From: Acanthaster planci
Lineage: Eukaryota
Reading direction: 5' to 3'
Assembly (NCBI RefSeq): GCF_001949145.1
Contig: NW_019091355.1
Coordinates: 4,165,374 to 4,229,373, forward strand
Length of the DNA: 64,000 bases
A model generated the notes under the pieces. The model saw only the letters and a list, made by a program, of their open reading frames with translations, was not told where the DNA came from and ran no database searches. The position numbers and the translations under genes were made by a program. Shown piece after piece: positions 1 to 14,600 of the stretch; the first letter of the stretch is position 1; the number at the start of each line of letters is the position of its first letter.

Positions 1-3000
1 CTGGTACAGATGTATTTTGTTCACATGCAGTGTACAAGTATTTTTGATGGTATACAATAAAAATACTTCGTATTGCCACAACGTCCATGTAGATTTCAGT
101 CTTGTGAGCAGGCATCATGATACAATGCTTCTGGAGAGTGCAACAGACCAAGTCAAAAAAGAAAAAGACACTGCATGCCGGGCTAAACAGGCCTGGAAGT
201 ACATAGCCAGCCCCAGCTCAAAGTGAATGGAGACTGTGCTGGGTTGACCCCCCCATGCCAGTCTGCAAAACACCGTCAGCACTTAGGCCAGATAAATCAC
301 ACTTAGAGGAGAATGTGTCAGGGTGAATACCGCAGCGCATCGTCGTCTGCGATTACGAATTGCAGCCACGTGCCGCGGCTCAGGCAGAGTCAACTCCAGG
401 GCGAGATGTCGCATGTACACGTGTGATGGGCATCCGTGGGGATGCATCTTCCAAAAAAAAAAGACAGAGAGAGAGAGAGAGACAGAGAATGGAAACTGGA
501 GAAGTAAACCGATTCAATCTCATCTATCTAAATTGTCTGATGCTGGAAATGGCTGATCATATTAGTAGGTGGGTGTACATAATGGCTCGGCTTATGATGT
601 CCGTGGGAAAAAAATGAGACAAAATTTGACTGAAGTGGAGAGGGATAAGAAGAGGAGGCACTCAAATGGAAAATTTCAAGAAAGCTTCGGCTAAAAACAG
701 CACTGATTCCAGGTACTGTGGTAATGTCGGCCACGACTCTTGATGATGTGCACGACTTTCTCTGACTTGGGGTGCAATTAAACTGCAGGGTGTCCAGGCA
801 TCTTAAATTACATGTATGCAACGGTCTGGATAGAGCTCCAAAATACACCAAGTGCAAAATCCTCATACATGTAAACATGCATCTGTCGGATGTACTACAT
901 GTACTGTAGATTTAGAAGTGTCGATATCTTTATAAATACACATGATCGGATTAACAGATGACAATTCTCTGGTCACATATGTACAGGGGAAACCTAATAT
1001 TTCTCCTCCAGGAAATACATGTACACGTACTGAACTAAACTCAAGCTTTTAAAAAATTTGAACCACCTGTGCGGTATACTGCCCTGTATACCAATCAGTT
1101 ATTAATAACATTTTAGATGTAGCCACACAAATCTGTGCATGTATAATGACAGCACGTTCTGGCTATAAACGACCAATGCCCCATTTTCAATAAGGGAATT
1201 ATGTGCTTGGCTGGTCCCAAACGTTGCTTATGACAATGTGCATTGCTTTTGACTCAGTCATTTTCAGCATCCGTGCACCTGATCAGGTCTTAATTGAATA
1301 AACTGTCTTAAATCCATTTACAAAGTCAAAACAAGTTTTAAAATTATAAATTTCCCAAGATTTACTCGGCAGTTTTACTCCTTTTTTCCCACACACACCC
1401 TCTAGCCATGTTATGATACTGTGTGGTATGTTCCGCCTTGGAGTAACAGCAACCAATCTCCTCATGTATACAGATTGGCACCCATGTGGTGCGTATACTG
1501 CGTGAGGTGGCGAAAGGCAGCCGGTGTTTTATCATCTGCTTAAGACTGGCCATGTGACCACTCTCAACCAATAGGAATGGTTAATCTGTCTTAAGCACAG
1601 TACTTATAAATACAGCTTTTACAGTGGTGTACAAATGAGGATCCGTGTTAATTCCCTACAACACACGGTGCATGTAGTTTCATGTTTTTTTTCTTTACAA
1701 GGTAGATGTATCCAGTGACATTACTTACAGGACTTTTAATCTGTGGTAGCAACACTTCTTTCAAACATTTTACTGGCGGCAACAAAACACTATTCCCTTT
1801 TTCTACAGATAAACTGTACATGTATGTAAATGTAGATGAACATTCGTTTTTCTTTCCAGTCGAGAAAATTTTTGTCTCAAGTCTCTGATTGAAATTACTG
1901 ACGTACGTTTCCAAACTCCAGAGTAAATACTTATGCCATGTTACGCTTAAGTTTAACGTAATGACAACTTCTGCATCAGAACGCTTACTATTTATCCTAC
2001 GCTTTGAAATTACATTCCAGTATTTTTTAATATCTGAACACTTCTGATGGACAGACAAAATTGTTCTGAAATTAAATTTGGAGATTGTATTTTTGATGAA
2101 AACCCCATAAGGATCTGCATTTGGTCATATTCCCTGAAAGCAATTTTTGAAGCAAACCACTTCACACACGCTATGCAGCCTGGTTTGAAAATATCTGGTA
2201 TGCAACTTGGACTTTGACCCGAAAAAGGAAATTCCAACCTTTACAAAACTTTACACACAGCTGTTTCGTAGTTTTCAATGGCACGAGTGTGTAGTGAAAA
2301 ACAAGGAAATCAGCTGATCTGAGGAAAAGTTGCATGCCTGAAAAGTGTGTAAATTTGAACAATTCCACAAGGTGGAAATGTTCAGTGAGTACCAGTATTA
2401 CAGTGTATTACAGCCCTTTTTTGAATGATAAAAATTTGAGAAAAATTATCCAATATGTACATCTCAATATTGAAGTTCATGTACATGTTAATGTGTGGAT
2501 TTCATTTTGGGTTCCAATTCATCAGGCGTTCATTCAATGAGTCCTTACGACGATTACGGCCGGACAAATGATACGATACCACCCCTCCCTTACAATAGCA
2601 CACCGTATGTACACTGTTTGGCTATATGATACTCCTTGTCCGAGAGCATTCTCAATTTCTTACTCTAACAGTTTCCCTTCACACACGTATGCACTGACGG
2701 TTCCAATCGCCTGTCTACCATCATGTACTTATAGAGTACACTATAAACCCTCAAGTACTGCACATCATTTGACAAGTGCTAACTCATGTACAAGTACATG
2801 TAGTACCATCCTGTTCAATATTGACAGTTTTATTTGGAGAGGGCTTTCTCGGGGTGCTCTGCCGTTTGTGCATTTTATTAATGCTCTTCAAAGCTAGCTA
2901 AAGGCTTTAAAAATCATGGAGGTACACATACATGTCAGTGGCGCAACACGAGAAGCCTACGAGAAACAAAATAATGACCATGTGTGCTTAAAATGTCAAC

Positions 3001-6000
3001 TGGCCCGGAGGAGGGAGGGGGACGTTTGGGAGAGCTGCGAGTTGATCCTGTTTGGTAATTGGTCGTAATTGAATTGGCTTCATGCCCGCTGATTCAGTTA
3101 GACCAATCAAAGCAGTGCTGAGATTGCTGCCACGTCACTCGGAAATCTGGCCTCCGGGTCAAAATAATTACAACTTGGAACGAGGCAGTGTCTTCTTTTC
3201 TGCAGCGGATGCAAAAAGTGCATGTAAATCATCTCAGCCACAGTCACGACGTTAATTCCGCTGCAAGAGGGAAGAAGAAACGGGCTAATTGCAAATTGAT
3301 TTAGGGGAGGGGGGAAGGGCACCCGGCTTTGGCATTTTGAGGTAGCATGCATTATCTGGAGATTGTACCGTAGTTGGCAGCATTATCTATGACTGTAGTG
3401 ACTCACGGCTACATGATTGCAAATTCAACGAGGTCTGGTTTCCCAGGCCTGATGATGGCAAAACTGCACGACAGACGTACAGTACGTGTACCGGTACTAC
3501 TATATACAGCACGTTCATAGCTGTAGAAACCAGTCGGTATCTGGAATGACAGGCTGGAATTGAGGCTACATCGTTTCTCAAACCAACACGACCAAACTTT
3601 TCCAGTGCACTGCAACATTTCACATTTCAGAAAACAGTGGGTACATTTTTGTGCATGAAAGTTTGTCACAGTACTTTACCTGTAAAAAGAGGGGGAAAAA
3701 TATTGGCCCTGCAAGGCAAATAAGATTTACAACCACATTGCTCCTTTAAGATAACACATGTACATGTGTGCAGGCTCCCTGTACCAAATAATGACTAGTG
3801 ATTAAGCAAATTTCCCATTCATTTCCTATCTAGTTGATTAACTTCCTTACAGCCACTGTATGCGCATCAATCATTAATCGCTGGGGATAACGCACACAAC
3901 TGCTGGAAGAAAGACTGCCACCCCTATCAAAGGGGACGCAATAGGGGTGGAGTTGAGGTTGCTTTTAATAGGCGATGGGTTGACTACATAGTTTTGCAAT
4001 TATACATGTACACGTAGAGGAGCAAATTAGATGACAAGTATGGAAAATTCACGTACAGTACATGCGCTTGGTGAATCTTGAGCAGGAATGTGCCATTTTC
4101 ACCCGGAAAGGGATATTTTTTATAATGTGGCAGACTAGTTCAGTCCTCGAGTCGGGACAGAGAGAGGAGAACAGGCTGGATCCATGGGCACTAGTATGGG
4201 CCGCGGGGTGGGGGACATGAGGGGGATGTCAAATCATTTCTCCTCCCCCCCCTTTTTTTTTTTTGCAAAATAAGAATCGGAGGCTTTGGAGTTGATTCGA
4301 CAAAATCTACAGCTCCTCACAGCTAAACAAACGCCTCCAAACATGCAAACGGTGGAAAGTGGTCAGATATTGCCTCAGGTCGCACCGCGGGGCATCTGGA
4401 GTCCAAAAATTTCCCGGGGACCTTAAGCAGGCCCAGGAGTCCATCTTGTATGGAGTTTCGCACTAGCATTGGTTTTGATCTACATGTTGTGCTGGTAAAT
4501 ACATGTACTACAGTGTATGTTTTTGCCCCTCTTTCAGAGGTGATTGACGCAATTGGCTGGATATGAGACAACTGGAAATCCGCTCTGGCATCAGGCCAAT
4601 TTTAGGATGATGAAAAGCAACAGTCCCTCCTGCCGAGCACGTTTCACAGTGTAGACATGGTGGCACTTGTATGTCTCCATTAGAAAGACGATATTTTGGT
4701 GAAATGATCGTGCCAAAATACTCTGCCAACATCTGCACTGGAATTTACATGCAAATAGAACATTTTGAAATTGTTGAGCGCATCAAAAATGACGATTCCG
4801 AATAACTACATGTAGCTACATGTAATCTAAATCCCTGACAAGCAACTCCTTTGAATAAATTCAGTTCAGAAAACTTTGGCTCATCGTCGTATACAGGTAC
4901 TGATGGTAACCTGTACCTTTCTTACTGAGTTACACAAACCAGCGCTATCGCCAATTAGTACATTTTTGTTTCAACAGCTCCCTCCTATCAGATGTCTGGG
5001 GAAAAAAAATCTGTGTCCTCCCCTATAAATAGCAGACCTTATGCTCCTGATTTTGAATGCATCAACAAAACTGATCTCACGCCCCACACAGTGTACGAAA
5101 CAATACACTCTTCAGCACAGCTACACCATTATCAAATCTGCATGACTTGAGCATAGAGCTAGGACGACTTGAGGCAGCTTGCCCTGCCTGGAATTCAGGC
5201 CACCAAAATCTCTAGGGGGACTGGGTAGAAGTGCAGCTCTGAGGCCTGTCAGATCAGGAATACATGTACATGTAACTTCGCCATGTTCATTCTCTCTCCA
5301 GCACTGGCAACAGTTCTGCGTTTCTAAATATTTAATGAAGGTGTTTTTATGGCTGTCCTTAACCTACCAGTGCTGCATTTGCATTCATGCAATATGCATG
5401 TGTTTCATCTGCATTTCAGGAAGTGCGCTGTACTTACTGGTACACTGTAATATCCATTTTGCACAAGTGTAATTCGGGGGGGGGGAGGAGGTCATTTTAA
5501 GGTGGACTGGCAAGGAGTTTTGTGTGGTCGGATTGCCACTTAGTGTAATAACGTCCGATTAATCTGCCTTTACATTTGAGAACCCAGCTTCACCCAGCTT
5601 TGGGCATGGGGGGGTGGGGGAGGGATGGGGCACAGTATCAGCTTGGGGGCACATCACAAGAACAACACTTCATTTCATTCTTTTTCCTGGTGCTCAGCTG
5701 CTCACGGAAGGGGGGCGGAGAGTCCCCCAGGCCTGCCTTTGGCGATGAGCCTGACACTAGCGCAGGCACTACTGGGAAGGAGCTACCGGTACAATGTTAC
5801 AGATGCATGGGGTGGTTTCTTTATCAAATGACTGCAGGTTCCTTTGGATGGGACTTCTGGAGGCTCTCTGTGCTAAAAACAATGAATGCGTGACAACATA
5901 AGAATGTTTAGCTGTGTCACTGGTTAGCAGCTGAACACTTGGCTGCAATTTTTGTTAAGGAGCCTAATTTATGACACCACCATCAGATTAATGGATGATT

Positions 6001-8210
6001 TCTTGTAAATGTACCTACACAAGCCAATAAATAAATAAATAAATTTGTAAACAGGCTGCAAAACAGATGGGCTGGCTGCATATGCTTTCTAAGGGCTTAT
6101 CGTTTGTATTCTCGCATGTCCAGCTTTGCCCAAACATATCGGTACACTATGGCTCGGTCTAGGCATGTAATCATCGATAATGTCCCGCGATGAGATGCAA
6201 CACAATTTTTTTTCTCTCTCTGTCACGATTTTCTGCATGTAGAATGAGCGAGGCAGTAAAAAAGCAGAACAGGACGACGAGGGAGACAGATGCAGAGCAT
6301 CAGCCGACAAGAAACCAATCTTGCCGGTCCGGCAAACAATTAGGGTCCCGCAAGATGCATACGTGTATGTATACATTCAGAGCAAACGGGGTTGGCATTC
6401 CCGTCGGGGAGCAGAGAATAAACAAGCCCCGCTACCGAAGGAATTAACAAGGAGGAAGAGGAGAAAGAGAGGGAGAGATGGAGAGAAAAAAAAAAGGGAA
6501 CTAGTCTGAGATGTGTGGGAGATCTGGAAAAAAAAAAAAAAGAGGAGAGGAAAGGAAGATGGACAAGGGGAGATCCAGGTCATTCATCATGCACTGTCAC
6601 AACGCGCTAAACTGGAATGAAACGGTCTCTGGCTTCATGAGCACTAAGCAATGACGTCAATTTCTACGACCTGTACGTGAAGGGAAAGCAACATGGTGTC
6701 AGCAGCAGTATATACCATAATTTCCCCAGAGCAGGTTCTACATCTGAGTCCTTTCTCTAATTGCATCCCAAACCCGCATGTGCTCATAGCTTGGCAATTT
6801 CTAGAAGAGCGGTTTTTTTTTTTCTTCTCCCTCTTTTTTTCCCCTTCCATCTCCAGTGCTTTTTTCCTGTTGAACGGAGCTGCGCAAGGCGGACTACAGA
6901 GAACAGCACCATAATCGGGATAAAAACATAGAAGGAAGGGGGGAAACTTCAAGGAAATGCACGAGAGAATGACTGAAAGGCTTTTAATTAATTGCCCGGG
7001 GGGGCTGTCTTATAAGCACATGTACATGTAGACTTTGCCAAGTGGAATTTGAACCGCACTTTAATTTGGATCGATCTTGGGACTGTCTATCACAAAACTC
7101 CTTCGGTTATACATGTATGTAGCTCACTGACATCAGCTGAACTCCTAGAGCAGAACATAGAAATTTATACCAGCACAATCAGAGCCCTTTCCTTTCAGTG
7201 TCAAACAAAACAAATAAAGAAGATATATAGTACAAACAAGTGTGGAAGTTATCTTCCTGAATCCATTCTAGCTCAACAGCACACTATGAATGCATTATGA
7301 TTAATTTTTAGAATTTCACCGATTCCTTGGAGAATGCTACCATCGCATTTCAGTTTTAATACTCTCCAATCCACAAAGACTACAAGGGTCCATGAAAAAA
7401 GCTACAGTACAGGCTTCTGCATGTACAATGATGTAACAGGTAATTACTGTAAGTCATTTCAATCGCATACTTTGAATATGTCCGACCCAAACTACCGGTA
7501 CGTGTACACGTACAATTTACTTTGAAGTTTCTTGAGATTCTAGTGCCTTGTGCACTTTCTTCCCGGCAAAGCCTGCTGTACGCGTAATGCCTTGTGCACT
7601 TTCTTTCTGGCAGGGCCCATCCCTGTGGAAACTGTTTGTTTCATGTCTTCCTGATTCACACCAAACCAGAATTACAAGCCTGAGTAACTTCAAGGAGAGA
7701 GACAGAGAGAGAAAGAGAGAAAATGACACTGTGGCGTGGCAGAAACGGGCTCCCGGGTTTATTTTTCTGTACCTGTAAATTGATACCATGAGACTGCCAA
7801 ACTCAATTAGGCGTACTGATGGATAAGGCACAGAGGGTGTCACCACCCCCACGCAAAAATCCCAGGCATTGGAAGCGTTAACTCAATTTGGCCGGGCTGT
7901 AATTCGGTTACTTTGGATGTTGTGTTATTAGTGGATATCTCCATTACAGGTGCTGATGAGAGGTGGAGAGAGGCATTCAACCTGGTCCTTCTCATTCGGG
8001 AGGGTCCCAGCTGTGGACCGCAAAACATTATGTAATATACCTGTAGTGCTATGTCTGATACCTTACGCGGGTTCAACACGTGTCATGGTGAGTTGAGGAG
8101 AAATTTACAGGATCTAGAGGTGACAATTGGAGAAGGCGTTGAAGGAAACTGGGAGAGCCACTAGAGAAAGCCAGACAAAAGGGTGAAGGCAGTGGCAAAA
8201 CGGGGTTAGG

Positions 8211-8229
8211 TCATGCCCCCTACTGGTCA
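8211..8229 (-). promoter_or_regulatory. CTCF-like site
   Basis: Minus strand TGACCAGTAGGGGGCATGA closely follows the CTCF core consensus. Confidence 0.5.
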
Positions 8230-8924
8230 GTCCATCTCCCTCCCCCCCCTCGCCTCCACTTGAAAATTTAAAATGTACATAACTCATAAACAAACCACAG
8301 TTCAGTACCCCTCAAAAAGTGAACGTACGTATGATGCAGAAACTTTACAAATTATTTTCATCGGAATGTGTGCACACACCCACGGCATCTCCTAGAGGCT
8401 TTTGATTGGTTGATGAATGTCAACTGACCATGCTCTGTCAGTCGGCAACGCCGGTATTATGTTTAAAGCAGGTCTCCACAGACATTATGTCTGCCTGTGA
8501 TTGAGACCTGGAAATGTGCTCTTCTTTAAATTTGGAGACCTTAGATCTACACGTTTAAGGCACACTGCATGGCAAATGCACACATATACTCGTATAAATA
8601 TGAACCGATACCCACCCAACTACATGTGTGAGGCCGAACCAGTCTGCATGACACGAACGGGGTTGCCTGGACCAAGCGTTGCCATATACATGTACATGTC
8701 GCACCATGTTTTCCTTGGGCATCATCAAGTCTTGACAACAAAAACCCAGAAAACACGGCTGCTGATTTGTCCAACATCTTGAGGTCAGAGGGGCCCATCT
8801 TGCATAATTCATCAGCCGACATGCTCAGGTACATGAATCATAATAGATGCTTGTCTGCAAGCAGCTATGTGCATTGAGACAGGCTACATGTATGACTGTA
8901 AAGTGAGAGGGCAGCATAGGCTTG

Positions 8925-9440
8925 TCCATCGAACCATCACCATTTACGCTTTCCACGCTGCTTCTATACAAATCAATTGAAATAAATCTGTTGAATTTAT
9001 CTCCCCATTCGTGTGAACTTGTGTGGTAAAAAAAAATGACTGAAACAGTAGAATCAGCAAGTCCATTGAAATATCATCATCTACGCTTTCCACGCTGCTT
9101 CTATACAAATCAATTGAAATAAATCTGTTGAATTTATCTCCCCATTCGTGTGAACTTGTGTGGTAAAAAAAAAAATGACTGAAACAGTAGCATCAGCAAG
9201 TCCATTGAAATATCATCATCTACGCTTTCCACGCTGCTTCTATACAAATCAATTGAAATAAATCTGTTGAATCTATCTCACCCATGTCTCATTAAAACAA
9301 ACTGACAATGTGCGTGTGAACTTGTGTGGTAAAAAAAAAATGACTGAAACGGTAGCATCAGTAAGTCTATTGAACTATCACCATTTTATGCTTTCCAAAC
9401 TTGACTGAAATAAAAAAAAAAAACTGTTCAATTTTCATCT
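8925..9440. repeat. Tandem repeat, ~137-139 bp unit, 3 full copies plus a partial
   Basis: TACGCTTTCCACGCTGCTTCTATACAAATCAATTGAAATAAATCTG... recurs at 8945, 9082, 9221 and, diverged, at 9387. The third unit has a ~27-bp insertion. Confidence 0.95.
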
Positions 9441-10932
9441 GTCCTACATCCCTGTAAAAGAAACTTGAAGCTAGAGATAGGGGTCTTCTATGGTAAAAAA
9501 ACTTTCTGCATTCAGCTCTTCAGAATGGAATCAGCAATAATATGAAAGTGGAAGTGTTTGTCTTTAATAATCAACTCCAATGACGTTGAATAACTCGACA
9601 ACACAGCAGCACAGAGGAAACAGGAACTTGATACACTACACATGTAAGTAATGCTGAAACACTAGAAACAGCAAACCAAACTGAAAGCTTTGTAGAGGAA
9701 ATGAAAGTACTCACATGCGTGAAATATAACAAACCTGCCAAGATGCCCAGATACAATGTACCTGCACTTATTGGAACACTCTAGGTGCAAATTTTAAATG
9801 TCCTTTTGGGTGGGACCCTATTTTTTTGTCTCTCTTGCTCGCTGCTTCCTGGGGGGGGGTAACAGTTCCCATTTCTTTGTTCACCGTTTCAGGCTTTATC
9901 CACCCATCTGCAAATCCTACGCAGATGGTTTCTGCTTTCACTCTTCTCAACCCCTTGCCCCCCCTCCGGCCAATGACGACGGACGAGAAACACATCACAC
10001 CGGAAAAATGGAAAGAAAATATCCACTGACTTGCATCTCTCGAAGCCCTGCCGTACCTGCCCCCCGGCATCCAGAAGCCGCTGCTAAATTAGATGAAGAT
10101 TTGTAATACTTCGCCCCCCACTGTTACATTTGAAAGTTGTCTGCCAAGGCACGTGGTCGAGGAGCCTTGGGTGCTGCTCAGTCGGTCGGGTTGTCGGCGG
10201 TCGCGTCTCAAAAAAAAAAAAAAAACAAAACAACCCTACATTGCAGAAGGAGGGGACTGTCCTGACAAGGATCTGAATGGCATTGATTGGTCTGCATTCC
10301 CGGGGTGAAATTACAGGGAGATTGCAGTTATTGCCACTGTACACTGCCGTTTCGCTTGTGACAGCGCCAAAGAACCAGTATGATGGCGGCGGAGGTAATC
10401 CCACTTCATCCCTGGATATTAGCAGGGTTTTGAAAAGGGCCCAAGCAATTTGTCGTGCAATATGCGTGAAGGTGGGCTAGTGCAGAATTCTGTGTGCTGT
10501 ACATGTATTGTTTGACAAATACAATGATCTGCACTGTGCCGTCCACTTTAATACGAACAAGCAAAAATTACTTGGCCCCGTCCTCAAGTTTTGCATCTGT
10601 ATCTGACTTACCCTCGATGGAGTCACGGTTCTACCCCCAACTGGGTCAAGATTTCATTTGGAATTGCTAATTTACGGTACTGTGAGCAGCTATCTGAAAC
10701 TGTGCATTCCATGTGCACATTATACGCCCACGCCTGATTCTGTCATGTCCCAACGGTACTTGGGATATTCTCATGCCTTCTGCTGGAAATCACAGAAAAG
10801 TTTGCCCCACTTCTTGTCAGGCAATAAATATCGAAGCTTTACGCATAAACATGATTAATGTCATTCAGTTTAATCTTAAGTCTGGTTTTTGCTATGGATT
10901 AGCTTTTTTAGAGGGGTGGTGTTGTTGGTTTG

Positions 10933-11629
10933 NNNNNNNNNNNNNNNNNNNNNNNNNNNNNNNNNNNNNNNNNNNNNNNNNNNNNNNNNNNNNNNNNNNN
11001 NNNNNNNNNNNNNNNNNNNNNNNNNNNNNNNNNNNNNNNNNNNNNNNNNNNNNNNNNNNNNNNNNNNNNNNNNNNNNNNNNNNNNNNNNNNNNNNNNNNN
11101 NNNNNNNNNNNNNNNNNNNNNNNNNNNNNNNNNNNNNNNNNNNNNNNNNNNNNNNNNNNNNNNNNNNNNNNNNNNNNNNNNNNNNNNNNNNNNNNNNNNN
11201 NNNNNNNNNNNNNNNNNNNNNNNNNNNNNNNNNNNNNNNNNNNNNNNNNNNNNNNNNNNNNNNNNNNNNNNNNNNNNNNNNNNNNNNNNNNNNNNNNNNN
11301 NNNNNNNNNNNNNNNNNNNNNNNNNNNNNNNNNNNNNNNNNNNNNNNNNNNNNNNNNNNNNNNNNNNNNNNNNNNNNNNNNNNNNNNNNNNNNNNNNNNN
11401 NNNNNNNNNNNNNNNNNNNNNNNNNNNNNNNNNNNNNNNNNNNNNNNNNNNNNNNNNNNNNNNNNNNNNNNNNNNNNNNNNNNNNNNNNNNNNNNNNNNN
11501 NNNNNNNNNNNNNNNNNNNNNNNNNNNNNNNNNNNNNNNNNNNNNNNNNNNNNNNNNNNNNNNNNNNNNNNNNNNNNNNNNNNNNNNNNNNNNNNNNNNN
11601 NNNNNNNNNNNNNNNNNNNNNNNNNNNNN
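10933..11629. other. Assembly gap (N run)
   Basis: Run of N. The ORFs spanning it are artefacts. Confidence 1.
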
Positions 11630-14600
11630 TTAGAGTGTTTGTCAGTCTGAAAATACATGTAGATCAGCATTGATTTTATTTAGGCTTCATGAGGGCCACA
11701 GATTAATCCACATGACTTGTGTTAACATTAGCCACTTGATCCTTATCCTCTACATGCCTAAATGGAAGCAAAGGGCTGGATTGCATCAGGCTGTTCTGCA
11801 TGTACACGTACAGCCACTGTCACTGGAACCCTGTCACAGCCAGGAGGCTCTGAAATTGTGGGAATCTATGGTGGGTCACAGAGTCACTGGTGTGGATGGC
11901 ATAAATGCAATGAGCATCTTTCTTTTCTTTTCTTTTTTTTCGGTCGATTGAACGTCGAAGTTGCCGGAGCCGGCTCGCGTAACACATTAATTCAGTCTGG
12001 CCAGACAGTGGAGAGGTCTATCGGGCAGCTCAACGTGGGCCAGAGAATTGAATTACGACACACAAAGAAGATTGCTGGGTGCCTGAGTTCCCAGAACCAG
12101 TTGAAACCCTGTCCCTTTTGCAGAGTCACCGAGCAATTCCTAGGTCAATATGATCAAATCTAAGTCAGCTCGCCTTTGTGGCGGAGTGACGAGTCATGTC
12201 AGGGCTTCACAGTTAAGTCAGTTCTTATCCAGTTCAATTCCCGTCATACAAAATTAGAGAGGGAAGAGTTAAACTTTCAGGATCAAACAAGTAACTAATT
12301 AACAAAACACAAATGCACCAGGCAACATGTACCGTAGGAGCATTCTCAAAAATGGTTATTTTGGTCTGATGAACGAACTTTTGTGTTGAAAAAAAACCCC
12401 GCTTTCTCAGTCACTTCAGACAGGAAATAAATCTAATTTAGGGAAAAAAAAGTGAACTATGCACCCAGACTTAATGGTTGTTTGGACAATCTGTTTGCAT
12501 TTCAATTACTAGGAGTCACTCTAGCTCGGGAAAATTGCATTTTAATAAATTGCCCAGAAGAATTATATGAAAGCTTCAGGGAAGGAGGATGTGATTCCGC
12601 ATATGGCACAAATTATTAACGGTCCATCTCTTCGGTTACATGTACATGCTCAATGCGTATGTGTGGCTCGTCCATTTTTCAAACAAACCGGCCGGCCACT
12701 ATTACACCCTGATCCGTGGTCAATGTATCAAGGTGAAGAATGCGGGCAATTCAATTAGCGCAAGACCTACCGCCATGCAGACATTTCATCTGCGGGTTAT
12801 CGCGGTTGGCACAAAACTTCAGGTAGCCCAAGATGGGGCCCATGCTGGTAAGCCTTGGTGGCGAGTTAACTAGGAGAAGGTACACCTGTGCATTGTACAA
12901 ATACATGTAGATTTGCCATGTGTCCACACTGAGGACTCCATGTCCTCACAGGTAAGAAGGATGACACCGAGACAAGACTTTAGTCACCAACAGATGAACG
13001 ATCATAAAGCCAGTTTTAAAAATAGGGTTCATGATGTGAAAGCCTTCGGAAAGATTTGTAATATGCAGTCAATTTTATGCAAACCCTAGGAGTCTGCAGA
13101 TGCACATACATGTAGGTTTGGAAAAAATGCACCTCTGGCAAACCCCTCTTCCACAATGAAAAACTTCTGCTGTGGCCATTTCACCAGTAGGAAAAGGGAA
13201 AGCGTGCCCAACCAAAATCTGGTGCACTCTTATGAGTTCTACAAAGTACACACACACACTGACAATTCAATCTTACAGCTGAATTCATTATACACGTAGG
13301 CATCTTCAAGAGACTATCGTCAAGGGACTGTTTTCATGTATCCAGTATTTGGAAAACTGGGGTGTGTTCTACCGTATTTGCAAACTTATGCTATTGAGGC
13401 TACATGCACTGACAGGCTGCGAACACTGGCAAGATTTGGGTAATTAGGGCACATACAGTCCTCGTAATGGAAATTGATCTCTTGTCTGCATTTATTTTTA
13501 CTGTGATGTGCTCTCCAACTGGCCACTCCCAGAAAGAGAAAGTGTACTATAAATGCAATAAATTATCACTACTATCAAAACCCTCTTACATACATGTACA
13601 TGTATGTATTTATAGCCTAGTAAAGGTGTACACCTGTACTTGTAATTGAACCTGAATAGTTTACGACTTGGGTGTTCTACAAATTCCCTTCCATCTCAAG
13701 CAGCATGCTGTACAACCAACACTCCCCGCTCCTCTTGTGCCAACTTGGGGGTTTTGCGTTCCATCTCTAACACCGAATAAGGTTAGTCATCTTTGTGTCT
13801 GTATCATGTGGTCCCCAGGATCGCATGCATGTACACCGAGCAGATAACCAGATCCAGATCCGTGACATTTAGACTGAATGCACACATACTGCAAGTGGGT
13901 AGAGCGAAGTTCATTTACGCTGTCCATGGGATCTGTGACAGGCCTGGCTGGGACACGGCAAGAAGGCTTGCGTCCTGAGCCTGGAAAACGTTTGTGCACA
14001 TGTACAAGTATCAAATGTACCGTACCGTAAACGAATACAGTACATTGTACGCATAATTTTCAATCAGCGTATACAGTAATTTTAGGTTTTTACAAACTGC
14101 AGTCAAGCACTGTAAACACACCATCAGAGCTTTTTTGGTTTTCAAGAAGGGGCAGTTCTTAATTTCCCAAGTTTATTTTACCTGACCCCACATGTAGTAA
14201 ATGGCTTGAGTAAGTTCACATTACACCCTTTAAATGATTTCTCCTCAAAAGGCCTGTTAGCAACATACTTGCGTGGCAGTTCGTGAAAAACCAACGTAAT
14301 TCCACAACGCATCAGTGTTTGCAGTGCATTCTAGGAAACCAGAAAATATTCTCGGTCAAGTATACCGAGGAAACTAGGGACGCAGTCAATAAAGTCACAT
14401 GTAAATTTTCTTTCAAGATAAATCCGACGACTTTCAGTAGTTAGGACACCGACAGCGAGTCTGCTGCCAGGTCTCTGGTTGTCAAATGCATGCGAATCCA
14501 GGATTTATTTAGTCACTCAACAATCCTGGATATTGCGAGTACATGTACAAGGCTGGGGTACACATGTACCGTGTGGATGCGGTGGGTCGCGGAGCCAGTG

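Noticed and set aside
6430..6570. Basic K/R/E-rich ORFs from purine-rich tracts (also GA repeats at ~465-490 and ~7695-7720)
   Set aside because: Low-complexity sequence, not coding.
8925..9440. CRISPR-like array (also considered for 25057-25149 and 35651-35757)
   Set aside because: The units are contiguous repeats without unique spacers, the context is eukaryotic, and there are no cas genes.
10713..11673. Four long ORFs (247-306 aa)
   Set aside because: They are open only because they span the N gap.
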